From positions 160,001-224,000 of the forward strand of contig CAWEMM010000011.1 in the NCBI GenBank assembly GCA_963810095.1: a stretch of 64,000 bases of DNA, written 5' to 3'. Below the pieces are notes generated by a model that ran no database searches, was not told the DNA's origin, and saw only the letters and a program-made list of their open reading frames with translations. How positions within the stretch are numbered: the stretch's first letter is position 1; each line of letters begins with the position of its first letter. Source of the DNA: an uncultured Chloroflexia bacterium (GTDB taxonomy: Bacteria; Chloroflexota; Anaerolineae; CG2-30-64-16). Made by a program: the position numbers and the translations under genes. Below, one piece after another: positions 1-10,708 of this stretch.

Positions 1-252
1 CCGCCCCAGGGCGACGCAACCCTCGCCGATGCCCGGCAGGCCGCCGGACCCGATCTGACGCTGTGGGGCGGCATTCCGCAAGATCTGCTGCTGCCCGAGC
101 ACAGCGAAGAGGAGTTCGAGGCTGCGGTGCGCGAAGCGCTCGCGCAAGCCTCAGGCGACGCCAGCAGCCGAACGATCCTGGGCGTGGCGGACAGGGTGCC
201 GGTGAACGCGGACCTGGGGCGCCTGAGGCGGTTGGTGGAACTTATTGGCTGA
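1..252 (+). CDS. Partial (3' end) uroporphyrinogen decarboxylase / MtaA-CmuA methyltransferase family TIM-barrel protein
   Basis: Frame 1 is open from the window edge and reads PPQGDATLADARQAAGPDLTLWGGIPQDLLL...ILGVADRVPVNADLGRL to TGA at 250-252. The LWGGI and ILG...P pattern is typical of URO-D family C-termini. Not in the ORF track because the start lies outside the window. Confidence 0.6.
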   Translation, partial: PPQGDATLADARQAAGPDLTLWGGIPQDLLLPEHSEEEFEAAVREALAQASGDASSRTILGVADRVPVNADLGRLRRLVELIG

Positions 253-428
253 GGGCAGCCACGGTGCTCCGACGTGACGCGGCTCGAACGAGTGACCTTC
301 CACCACCGTCCCGGCCCTGAAACAGCGTTCAGGCCCGGGACCCGGGACACAGCGGGCCATGGCGCTGCCCAGCAGGCATCTGCCCGCGTGGGCGCTCGCG
401 TCTCGAGTGGAGTAGTCCGCGGCGCTGC

Positions 429-3272
429 TCAGGCTGCGCGTGTCTCCATCCGAACCGCTCGATGCCGCACGTACAGCTTGGTCAGCTCGGCCGCAACCGA
501 CGCCAGCAGCATGAACGGCAGCATCAGCAACCAGTCTGTCAGCGAGAGCGGTACGGTGCCGAAGACGTCCTGCAGAAACGGTACGTAGATTACGAGCAAC
601 AGCAGGAAGAGCGACGCCCCCACCGCGTATTGCATCCACTTGTTTCCGAATACCCCGATCTTGAGCAGAGGATACCGTTCAGATCGCGCGGTATACGCTC
701 GCAGCAGCTCGGATACAATCAGAGTCGCAAACGCGACCGTCCTGGCCCCGTCCTCCGTCCCAAAACGCCGAATCCCGATGAAGTAGTAGGATAGAAGCAC
801 GGCGGCCGTCATCACAATCGCCTGGACGATAACGCCGAGCAGCATCTCTTGGTTGATGACAGGCTCTCGAGTGGGACGCGGTGGCCGGCCCATGATGTCC
901 GGGTCGCCTTTCTCCAGGCCCAGCGCCAGCGCCGGCGCGCCATCCGTCACGAGGTTGAGCCAAAGCAGCTGGATCGGGCTCGAGCGGGATGGGCAATCCT
1001 GCCAGCATCGCCAGGAAGATGATCAGGATCTCGCCGATGTTGCACGAGATCAGGTAGAACACGAACTTGCGGATGTTCGAGTAGATCACCCGGCCTTCTT
1101 CGATGGCAGACACAATGCTTGCGTAATTGTCGTCCGTCAGCACCATGTCTGCCGTTTCCTTGGTCACGTCGGTGCCCGTGATGCCCATCGCCACGCCGAT
1201 GTTGGCACGCTTGAGCGCCGGCGCGTCGTTGACGCCGTCCCCCGTCATCGCCACAACATGGCCGCGCATCTTCAGCGCGTCGACGATCTTCATTTTGTGG
1301 GCCGGGGACACGCGGCGCGAACGCGTCGACGTGATCCACGACGTTCGCCAATTCCTCCTCGCTCATCTTGTCGAGTTCGGCGCCCGCGATGACACGGCCG
1401 CCCGGGCGAAAGCATTCCGATTTCCTCCGCGATGGCCGCGGCAGTGTCGGGGTAATCGCCGGTGACCATCACGCTCTTCAGGCCAGCGCGCTTGGCCGTC
1501 GCAACCGCCACCTTGACTTCTGGCCGGGCCGGGTCGATCATACCTAACAGGCCAAGAAACGTCAGGTTGCACTCGACAGTGTCAGGGCTGGGTTCGTCCG
1601 GCACCTCTGCGAGTGGCCGGCACGCGACGCCCAGGACGCGCAGTGCATCATGCCCCATGCCGCTGTTCGCCGCGAGGATGCGGTTCCGCAACTCGCCGTC
1701 GAGAGGCTGCGTCCCGCCGTCGACGATGATGTCGTTGCAGTATTGGAGCACGATGTCGGGCGCTCCTTTGACGAACGCGATGATTCCCGATTGCATGCCC
1801 CGATCCCGTTCGTCCTCCGGGTCATCAAGGTCGGAGAGGCCCATGCCCAGGTCGCCGGCAGCATGAATAGTGGTCATCCGCTTCCGGTCCGAGTCGAAGG
1901 GGATTTCCGCCACACGGGGCAACTCGCGTTCGAGGTCGCTCCGCCACAGGCCGGCTTTGCCTGCTGCGACGACGAGCGCGCCTTCCGTGGGGTCACCCAC
2001 GACGCGCCAGGTGCGCTTGCCCGCCTCCTCGCCGCTCACTTCCAGCTGGGCGTCATTACAGAGCAGAGCGCCGCGCAGCAGGAGCGCGGTCGCCGCATCG
2101 TTCGCAGGTGCAAAGGGCACGTCGCCCCGGTAGAACTGCCCTTCGGGTGTGTATCCCTCTCCCGATACCGCAAAGCTCCGCCCGCCTGCCCATCCCCGAA
2201 CTACGGTCATCTGGTTCTGCGTCAACGTACCGGTCTTGTCCGAGCAGATCACCGTCGCGCTGCCAAGCGTCTCGACTGCAGGCAGCTTGCGTATGAGCGC
2301 GTGGCGCGAGACCATACGCTGCATGCCCAGCGCAAGGCAGATCGTTACAACCGCGGGGAGTCCCTCGGGAACGGCAGCAATGGCGAGGCTGACGGCCGTC
2401 ATGAAGAGGCTGACGAGTTCGTCCTCGTGTGCGGTCAGATAGGAGCCGAACCCCTGCGACAGCGCCGTGCCGATCTCAGTATCGCGGATGACTCCATAGA
2501 TGAAGATGAAGCCACAGATGGCCAGCGAGATGATGCCGAGGGTCTTGCCCAACTGATCCAGCTTCTGCTGGAGCGGCGTGTCCTCCTCATCATAGGACTG
2601 GAGCATCTCGGCGATCATGCCGATCTGCGTCGTCATACCCGTGGACGTGACCACGCCCTTCCCCCGGCCATAGGTGATGAGCGTGCCCATAAAGGCGGAA
2701 TTCTTGCGATCGCCAAGGGGGATATCTGAGTCGAGCACAACGCGGGCATCTTTGTTGACCGGGACCGATTCACCCGTCAGCGAAGCCTCTTCGACCTTGA
2801 GATTGATGCTTTCGACCAACCGCAGATCGGCCGGCACGTAGTTGCCCGCTTCCAGCAGCACGATGTCGCCGGGGACCAGCTCCCGCGCTGGGATGCTTAT
2901 CTGCTGACCATCGCGGATGACCTGCGCGTTGGGTGCCGCCATCTTCTTCAACGCGGCGAGCGCCTGCTCGGCCTTCGACTCCTGCACGACGCCCAACACG
3001 GCGTTGAGCGTGATGATGGCGATGATTGCTAGCGCGTCGACTACTTCGCCGAGCAGCAGCGAGAGGATGGCCGCAACTATCAGGATAATGACCAGGAAGT
3101 TGTTGAACTGATCGAGCAGGAGCTTGAGGAAGCCCGGCCGCGGCTTCTCCTGTAGCTCGTTCGGCCCGTAGCGTTCGAGGCGCGCCTTTGCCTCCTGGGT
3201 CGTCAGGCCCTCGTGAAAGTGCGACCCGAGGTCCGCGATCGCCTGCGCGACCGGCAATGAATGAGGTGACAT
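429..3272 (-). CDS. Cation-transporting P-type ATPase (type IIA, Ca2+-ATPase/PacL-like), split by three apparent +1 frameshifts (about 1402, 1315 and 977)
   Basis: Motifs [33 protein letters not shown] and [12 protein letters not shown] are spread over consecutive overlapping ORFs 1290-3401, 947-1366, 679-1311 and 429-950. ATG at 3272 has GGAGG upstream. Confidence 0.93.
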
Positions 3273-3358
3273 GAGTCCTCCGCCCGTTGCCACAGCGAGC
3301 ACAGGGACAACCGTGGACCAGGGTCCAACGCCTCTGCGCCCTCCGTGGGAAGAAAACG

Positions 3359-5911
3359 CTATCTGAATGCGCCGGGATTGAATCGGCCCGCCGGGTCCCA
3401 CTTCGCCTTAAGGCCGCGCATGAGGTCGACTCCCTCGGGTGCGCAGCCCCACCGGTCCTGGCGGCTTTGTCCGGCCACCACGATGCTGTATCCACCCAGC
3501 TTCTCGGCGGGCGGTCGCAGCGCCGACCCGTCGCCCCAGGTGTAGACCAGGCCGCTGGCCATGTCGGCCAGGAAGGGCTCGTTCGCCATCTGCGGCGCGA
3601 CCTCGACCAGCCACCGACCCAGGTCCTTCGGCGCGACCCCGGTGCGCACGATTATGTCCGAGCCCGCGCAGTACAACCAGTTGGCCCACAGGTCGCTGCC
3701 CGACACCGACTCCAGTTCGAGGGGCTCGGCGCGCGGGCGGCCCCAAGGACAGAGCGGACCTGCTTCAGCTCCGCATCGACGTCCTCGTCGACCCCTTCGG
3801 CCGTGTAGATGAGCGTGTAAGGCGCGTCCAGATCCTCTGTCTCGCACCCTTTGCAGAGCAGCAGCGCGGAGGCAACCAGGCACACGGGCAGCAGCTGGCT
3901 CCCGAGCATGAGCCCTTCGCTCAGCGTCTGGAGGGGGACAACCAGGCTGACCCGGCTGCGGGGCGCGGGCAGCAGCTTCAGCGAGATGTCGGTCATCAGG
4001 CCCAGCGTGCCGTGCGCGCCCACCTCCAGCTTCGGCAGATCGTAGCCCGCGACGTTCTTGACCACGGGCCTCCCCGCCCTGACGACCCGGCCATCAGGCA
4101 TGACGACGGTCATCGCCAACAGCAGGTCTCGGATTGCGCCGTAACGCATCCGCAGCGGCGCGTTGAAGTTTGCCGCAACAATACCGCCAACGGTCGCCTC
4201 GGGCCAGGGAGAAACAAGGGGGGTCCACACCTTGTCGCGGGCCAGCTGCGCCTGTAACTGCGCCAGCGGCGTGCCCGCGCCCACCGTCACGAACAAATCC
4301 TTCAGCTCGTAAGCCTGGATGCCGCAGAGCTCGTGCGTGGAGAGGACCACATCCGCGGGAGGGAGCGCGGCCGACTTGGTGCCGCCGCCACGAATGCGTA
4401 CGCTGCGACCCTGGGCATGCCAAGAACGCAGCACGCCGGCCGCAGCCTCCACGCCGGCCGGCGCGTACTCGAGACCGTCGCGCGCCGGCGGGGGTCCCCT
4501 CGACTGCAGCGGGAGGCGGCGCGGCAAGCTCGGGGAGGATTTTGCCGGGGTTCATGAGATTCCGCGGGTCAAACACGTCCTTGACGTCCTGCATGACCTG
4601 CAGCTCGTCGTCATTGAACATCAGGCGCATGTACTGGCGCTTCTCGCTGCCCACGCCGTGCTCGCCCGTAATTGTGCCGCCGATCTCGACGCACAGCTTC
4701 ATCACTTCCTGCCCCGCCTCATGGACGCGCTGCACCATCCCGGCGTCCTGGGGGTTGAACAGAAGCAGCGGATGGAGGTTGCCGTCGCCGGCGTGAAAAA
4801 CGTACCCGACGCGCAGGTCGTACGAGGCGCAGATTCGGTTGATTGCAGACAGGGTGTGGGCGAGCTTGGAGCGGGGCACGGTTCCGTCCACGATCAGGTA
4901 CGCGGGACTGATCTGCGCGATCGCGCCAAATGCGCTCTTGCGTGCGAACCAAATCTTGTCGCGCTCGGCCTGGTTCTGCGCGAGGCGCAGCTCGCGTGCG
5001 CCCTGCGCCTGCATGACCTCCACGATCTCCGCCATCTGCGGCTCGAGGCTGGCCGGGTGGCCGTCCGCCTCGACGATCAGGAGCGCCTCGGCGTCGACGG
5101 GCAGGCCGGCATGAACGTAGTTCTCGACGATGCCGATCATCGTCTTGTCCATCATCTCCAGGGTCGCCGGTACGAGACCCCGGCTGATGACTGCCGAGAC
5201 CGCTTCCCCCGCAGTCTCGACCGAGTCAAAAATCGCCATCAGCGTCTTGATGCCCGGCACATTCCGCATCAGCCGGAGCCGGGCCTCGGTGATGATCCCC
5301 AGCGTGCCTTCCGACCCGACGAGCAGGCCCGTCAGGTCGTACTCGGGGTAGTCGTACGCCTGGCCGCCTGTGTGCAGCACCCGGCCATCGGCCAGCACGG
5401 TTTCCAGGCCCAGGACGTAGTTGGTCGTGACGCCATACTTGAAGCAGTGGGGACCGCCCGCGTTCTCGGCCAGGTTTCCGCCGATGGTGCATGCCCGCCC
5501 ACTGGCGGGGTCGGGCGGATAGTACAGTCCCTTCGTCTTGACGTACTCGTCCAGGTTCAGGTGGACAAGACCGGGCTGGACCACGACGGAACGGCCGGCT
5601 TCGTCGGTTTCTACCACAGCCTTCATCCGCGCGAGCGAAACCATCACCCCGCCTTCGGGCGCGACGGCGCCGCCGCTGAGCCCGGTGCCCGCGCCCCGCG
5701 CAATCAACGGGATGCCCCGCGCCGCGGCCCACTGAACGATTCGCCTGACATCCTCCGTGCTCCGAGGCAGGAGGACGCCCTGCACTTCGCCCGACCCCAG
5801 GCTGCCGTCGACCTCGTACGGGATCAGCTCGATCGGATTTGTCAGGATAGACTCTTTGGGCAGCGCGGCCTGCAGGGCCTTCCAATCTTCGGAAGTAACC
5901 GTTCTGTGCAT
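3359..5911 (-). CDS. glcD: Glycolate/D-lactate oxidase FAD subunit, probable GlcD-GlcE fusion (frameshifts about 4495 and 3730)
   Basis: GlcD part has RGAGTGLSGG, PDPASGRACTIGGN, HAGDGNLHP, GEHGVG and NPGKI. It continues without a nearby stop into a GlcE-like part with RGGGTKS, ATVGG, VKNVAGYDLPKL and a C-terminal DPAGRFNPG. Confidence 0.85.
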
Positions 5912-5926
5912 CTGCGGTCTCCTGTT

Positions 5927-7249
5927 TCAGTCGCCCGACGATCCGTTGGCGCTGCGATATGACATGTCCAGCAGCTCGACCACGTGCAGCACGCGCACAG
6001 CCCGGCCGTTTGCGGTCAGACCCGCCCGCCGCACACCCGCCAGGAGCTGCATGTGACAGCCCGTGTTGCTTGCGACGACGATCTCTGCGCCCGTTGCCTT
6101 GATATCGGCCATCTTTGCGTCCAACACCTGGTCGGCCGTCTCCGAATGGACAATGTTGTAGACTCCGGCGCTGCCGCAGCAGCGGTCCGGCTGCCGTAGC
6201 TCGACCAATTCGAGCCCCGGAATCAGCCGTAGGAGCGCGCGCGGCTGCCGCACCACCTTCTGGGCATGGCGCAGATGGCAGGAGTCAGAATAGGTGACGC
6301 GCGCCTTGATGACGCCGGTTGGCGGCTGGGCCAGGTTGTCGAGGAGGAACTCGCTGATGTCCCTGACCTTCCGGCCGAAGGCCCGCGCCTTGGCAGCATA
6401 TACGGGATCATCTTGTAACAGGTCCTCATACTCATCCTTGAGCGTCGCGCCGCAGCCCCCCGCATTGTTGACGATCACGTCGTAGCGTTCGAATGCGTCG
6501 ATATTCCGGCGGGCAAGGTCGCGCGCCAGTGCCTCGTCGCCGACGTGCAGCTGGGCCGCGCCGCAACAGGTCTGCCCGGGGGGAAAGTGCACCTCGAAGC
6601 CGTTGCGCTGCAGCACGCGAATCGTCGCCTCGTTCACGGAGTTGAGGAACGCCTCCTGGATGCAGCCGATGAAGAAGGCCACCTCGCCACGCTTCTGTCC
6701 CGTTGCCGCCGCCGGTTTGCCGTAGTCGCGATAGCGGGTGGGGATGACAGGCAAGATCGCTTCCGCGGCTTGGAGCGGCCTTGGCAGCATCCCCGTCCGG
6801 CGGACCACTTTCTGCACGCCGGTTGCCTCATAAACCTTGAGCACCCGGGCCGCCGCCTTGAGCCGGCCTACGTGGGGCATCGACTGCTTGAGCGTCAGCC
6901 AGCGCAGCGCGCGCTCCCCGGCGCCCTGCTTTCGATGGTGCTCCAGCGCGAACTTGGTCGTCTCGATCAATTTGCCGTACTTGACCCCGGATGGGCAAGC
7001 AGTCTGGCAGGAGAGGCAGGAAAGGCACAGGTTGATGTGCCGCGAAAAGGTATCTTCGAGTTCACCGGGGCTAATTCGGCCCTCGGAGGCAGCGCGCATC
7101 AACGAAATACGCCCGCGCGGCGCGTCCATCTCCGTTCCCAAGACGTCATAGGTCGGACAAGCCTGCAGGCACAAACCACAGTGGATGCACTGGCCGACAA
7201 GGGTCTTGAAGCGGGGATCGCCGAGCTCCGGTAGAACGGCTTCGTTCAT
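5927..7249 (-). CDS. glcF: Glycolate oxidase iron-sulfur subunit GlcF
   Basis: CIHCGLCLQACP and CLSCLSCQTACP ferredoxin motifs plus two CCG domains (TCCGA, RCCGSAG). ATG at 7249 has an AAGGAG RBS. Confidence 0.92.
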   Translation of the reverse strand: MNEAVLPELGDPRFKTLVGQCIHCGLCLQACPTYDVLGTEMDAPRGRISLMRAASEGRISPGELEDTFSRHINLCLSCLSCQTACPSGVKYGKLIETTKFALEHHRKQGAGERALRWLTLKQSMPHVGRLKAAARVLKVYEATGVQKVVRRTGMLPRPLQAAEAILPVIPTRYRDYGKPAAATGQKRGEVAFFIGCIQEAFLNSVNEATIRVLQRNGFEVHFPPGQTCCGAAQLHVGDEALARDLARRNIDAFERYDVIVNNAGGCGATLKDEYEDLLQDDPVYAAKARAFGRKVRDISEFLLDNLAQPPTGVIKARVTYSDSCHLRHAQKVVRQPRALLRLIPGLELVELRQPDRCCGSAGVYNIVHSETADQVLDAKMADIKATGAEIVVASNTGCHMQLLAGVRRAGLTANGRAVRVLHVVELLDMSYRSANGSSGD

Positions 7250-7575
7250 GCTGCGCTCCTTTTGTTTCGCATCGCCCCTTGCGGCGGGGCCCGAGGACAT
7301 CATTTCTGCGCTGCACGCACACGAGTCGCTTCCCTGAGGTTGGGTCCGGCAGGGAACTGAGTCGACTCGAAACCGGCGTACCGCTGTCGTGGCCGCAATG
7401 CCCATTATACACGGGTCAGCCGCTCGGAAAAGTAGCGGGCAGGCGAGCCGGGAAATCCCTGAAGTCCGCCAGTGCTCCAGGCCGCACCCCAGGCGCGGGG
7501 GCCGCGGGAACGCGAGCGACCGCCAAAGCCTCGACTCCTGCTTGATCCGAGGCTGCCGTCCCGCCCGCAACTTGC

Positions 7576-7604
7576 TTGACACGTCTCTTGTGCACGGGTA
7601 CACT
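7576..7604 (+). promoter_or_regulatory. Sigma70-type promoter for the hypothetical gene and dgt
   Basis: TTGACA (7576-7581), 17-bp spacer, TACACT (7599-7604), about 40 bp upstream of ATG 7645. Confidence 0.65.
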
Positions 7605-7644
7605 CAGCGCAGCGACAAACGAAAGGACAAGAGCAAGCAGAGAT

Positions 7645-8073
7645 ATGTCTGACGGCGCAAACAACGAGTGCCGCTGCGGAGGCCCGAGGGAAATCCTCAC
7701 CCATCTCGTCGACGAAGACCTGCTGGAGCTGAAGCCAGGCGAGCGGCTTTGGAAGCTGTACTGCTTCCGGGAAGCGGAACACCCTTCGGCGCTGCGGCAC
7801 CGGATCTACACGAAGGAAAAGGTCGACGGCAGGCTGGCATTACTGACCTTCGCAGTGCATAACCCACCGCGGGAGGACCGCGCTGTGGCCGAGCCGCCGG
7901 CGGTCCGCTCGGCGCTGGCGCGGGTGCCCGACCTCTCGACCGAAGATTTGGAGCGGTTGATCTCGGCCGTGCGCATGCAGAGCGGCGCGCACGGGTGTGA
8001 AGAGCTGGACCTTTCGAGCCGTGGGCGGCTCGACGATCAGATTGCGGCGCTCCAGGCCCGCAGCGAGGGTTGA
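7645..8073 (+). CDS. Hypothetical protein (about 142 aa)
   Basis: ORF with host-like codon usage, downstream of a good promoter and 31 bp upstream of dgt. No recognisable motif. Confidence 0.65.
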   Translation: MSDGANNECRCGGPREILTHLVDEDLLELKPGERLWKLYCFREAEHPSALRHRIYTKEKVDGRLALLTFAVHNPPREDRAVAEPPAVRSALARVPDLSTEDLERLISAVRMQSGAHGCEELDLSSRGRLDDQIAALQARSEG

Positions 8074-8104
8074 GCCTGGCCTGAGCAACTGAAGGAGGCC
8101 GGCG

Positions 8105-9256
8105 ATGTTCCTAAGCCGTGAAGAGATCGAGATTCGCGAGCGTACATTTCTGGCCCCGTACGCGGTCAGCAGCGGCTCGAGCCGGGGCCGGGCCTACCCC
8201 GAAGAAGAGCACCCCTATCGCTCCGCCTTCCAGCGCGACCGCGACCGCATCATCCACACGACCGCCTTCCGCCGCCTCGATTACAAGACCCAGGTTTTCG
8301 TCTACCACGAAGGGGATCACTACCGCAACCGGTTGACTCACACGATCGAGGTGGCGCAGATCGGCCGCAGCATGGCACGCGCGCTCGGCGCCAATGAAGA
8401 TTTGACCGAAGCGATCTGCCTGGCGCATGACCTGGGGCACCCGGCGTTTGGTCACACGGGCGAAGCGACGCTCAACCAACTGATGGCCGGCCACGGTGGG
8501 TTCGACCACCAGCGCCAGACGATGCGGATCGTCAGCGTGCTGGAGGACCGCTACGAGGGCTTCCCCGGCCTCAACCTGACTTACGAGGTACGCGAGGGCA
8601 TCGTCAAGCACGACACCGACTATGACGTGACCGATGCGACGGGCTACGAGCCCGAGGCAGCAGGCAGCCTGGAATGCCAGATCAGCAACCTGGCGGACGA
8701 GATCGCCTACAACGCGGCCGACCTCGAAGACGGCCTGCGCAGCGGTGTGCTCGACTATCTACAGGTGCGCGATCTGGGGGTGTGGCAGAGTGTAATGAGG
8801 TCGCTGGGCGAGACCGCCGGCTGCAGCCTCGAGGACAAGCTGCGCACCCGGGTGATCCGTCGGCTGATCGGCCTGGAGATCACCGATGCCATCAGCGCAA
8901 CGGCCACCGCGATCGGCGTGCGCGACCTGGGCTCGGTCCACGCTGTCCGCAGCGTGGGGTGCAACGTGGCGGGCTTCTCCGAGGAATTGCAGGAATTGAA
9001 CGTCGAACTCAAAGCGTTCTTGATGAAAAACTTCTACCGCCACCCGCGGGTGGTGCGGATGGCCTACAAAGCAAACCACATGCTGACGGCCCTCTTCAAC
9101 GCCTACGTAGAGGAACCCCGCCAGCTGCCCCGCGAAATCCAGGCCCGCATGGTCGAGCAGCCCCACCGGGTCATTTGCGACTATATCGCCGGCATGACCG
9201 ACCGCTTCGCCATCCTCGAGCACCAGCGTCTCTTCGACCCCGAAGCGCGGGTCTAG
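8105..9256 (+). CDS. dgt: Deoxyguanosinetriphosphate triphosphohydrolase (HD family)
   Basis: RSAFQRDRDRI, FRRL.YKTQVF, RNRLTHTIEV, LAHDLGHPAFGH, ADEIAY and DYIAGMTD motifs. AAGGAGG RBS. Confidence 0.95.
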   Translation: MFLSREEIEIRERTFLAPYAVSSGSSRGRAYPEEEHPYRSAFQRDRDRIIHTTAFRRLDYKTQVFVYHEGDHYRNRLTHTIEVAQIGRSMARALGANEDLTEAICLAHDLGHPAFGHTGEATLNQLMAGHGGFDHQRQTMRIVSVLEDRYEGFPGLNLTYEVREGIVKHDTDYDVTDATGYEPEAAGSLECQISNLADEIAYNAADLEDGLRSGVLDYLQVRDLGVWQSVMRSLGETAGCSLEDKLRTRVIRRLIGLEITDAISATATAIGVRDLGSVHAVRSVGCNVAGFSEELQELNVELKAFLMKNFYRHPRVVRMAYKANHMLTALFNAYVEEPRQLPREIQARMVEQPHRVICDYIAGMTDRFAILEHQRLFDPEARV

Positions 9257-9261
9257 ATGTC

Positions 9262-9333
9262 ACCACTAAGACACAAAGACACGCAAGCTTCACGAAGGCT
9301 TTGTGCCGTTTCGTGTCTTGGTGTCTTTGTGGT
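9262..9333. repeat. Intergenic imperfect palindrome built from 9-mers (ACACAAAGA/CACGAAG family)
   Basis: ACCACTAAGACACAAAGACACG ... CGTGTCTTGGTGTCTTTGTGGT between convergent genes. A related copy lies at 18965-19038. Confidence 0.75.
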
Positions 9334-9344
9334 AAGCGAGCGGT

Positions 9345-10621
9345 TTACGAGCGGCGGTACACGGTCATCTTGACTTGCAGGTCCGCGTAGACGCCACGGA
9401 CCGGCTCGGCCTCGGCGTAGGAAACCTTCTCGACGCGGCCCCGCAGCAAGAGGTCATGACTGGCCAGCTCGAACTCCGTACCCGGCCGCACCGCGACGGC
9501 CTGGTGCTCGCCCGAGTACTGCGAGCGCAGCGCGGTGTCGCGGTAGGCGCCTTCGCTCATCAAGACCAGTGTCTGCGTGTCCGGATCGCTCGAGTCCCAC
9601 AGCCACACCTGCAACGCCACTGCCTGGTCACGATCTCGCCCAAACGGCTCGATCAACTGCAGGCCGCATTGGCCCATGTAGCCGTCGACGGGGTCGTTGA
9701 TATCGAACGCCTCATCATAATCCGGCTCGCCCATCTGATACATGGCCGTATTCTGTACGAGCACCTGGAGACCTGCCGTCGGCCGGGCCGGCGGAACGGC
9801 AGCCGGAGGCGGAGTCCGCATGTCTGGCGGCTCGACAGGGGTCGTGTTAACCGGGCCGACCGGGCGAGGCGCGGCCGTGGGCGGGGTCACGGGCGTCGCA
9901 GGCTCCTGGCCATTGTTCTCGTAGGAGGAACTGGTGCGCGGCGCAGGCCGAACGGAGTCCCCGGGCGTCGTCTCCTCCCACTGATAGGCCGCGGGGCTGA
10001 GCGGCCGCGCCTTCTCCTGCTCGGCAGCCACGGCCGCAGTCGAGGCGGTAGTCAAGGGGCTGTAGTCGGGCGCTAGCGCCTCTTCCTCGCGCTGCCGCGT
10101 CGCGCGCCACCGCAGGAAGAGATAGGCAATCAGCGCCGCGGCCCCCAGCGCCAGCAGCAGGAAGATGCCCGCTGTGCAGATCTGGCGCAGCCTGGACGGC
10201 TGTGCAGCCGTCGTGTTCGCGGGGGCAGGTTCCGCGGGAACCGGCTGGCCTGCCTGCCCTGCAACCGCACCGGGCCCGGCCTGGGTGGCCTTGAGCGCCA
10301 CCGCAAGCGCCTGGACGTTGGTTGCCCCCGCGGATCGCGCGCAACGAGGACCTGTTGCGTGTCGGCCAGTAGCGCCGCCAGGTCTTGCTCCGACCATCCG
10401 CTCAGCCGCTGCCGGGCCACGTCAAGATTGCGCGTCTGAGCGTATGACTCGGCAACCATTGTTACGTACTGCTGGCGAAGATCAGGGCGCAGATCCTGGA
10501 CCGTCGCGTTGGTCCACGTCACCGGCCAGACGCCCCAGCCGAGGACGACCAACCCGATCAGCAGCCCGACGACAAAGGCGATCGCAGCCCAGAAATACCA
10601 GGGACGCCCATTTGCACCCAT
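9345..10621 (-). CDS. Membrane-anchored hypothetical protein (two TM segments, Pro-rich linker, conserved-looking C-terminal domain); frameshift about 10325
   Basis: N-terminal TM segment and WPVTWTNATVQDL in ORF 10130-10621 join the second TM segment and the GEPDYDEAFDI...QVWLWD domain in ORF 9345-10397 at a G homopolymer. Confidence 0.7.
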
Positions 10622-10708
10622 GCCACCCTCCTCGCGTAAGGCAGGCCGCCCGCACCCATCTCCGCGCCCACCAGGTGACGCGCGAGCAGCTGACGGATCA
10701 AACGCTCA

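Noticed and set aside
4319-5962. Long antisense ORFs (for example 4319-5962, 19939-21282, 22703-24232, 32505-33962, 55647-57446 and 58634-60079 on the + strand)
   Set aside because: They are shadow ORFs opposite well-supported genes, expected in high-GC DNA, with no recognisable motifs.
8105-9256. dGTPase as an anti-phage nucleotide-depletion system
   Set aside because: It is the short housekeeping-type Dgt in an ordinary neighbourhood with host-like codon usage, not in a defence context.
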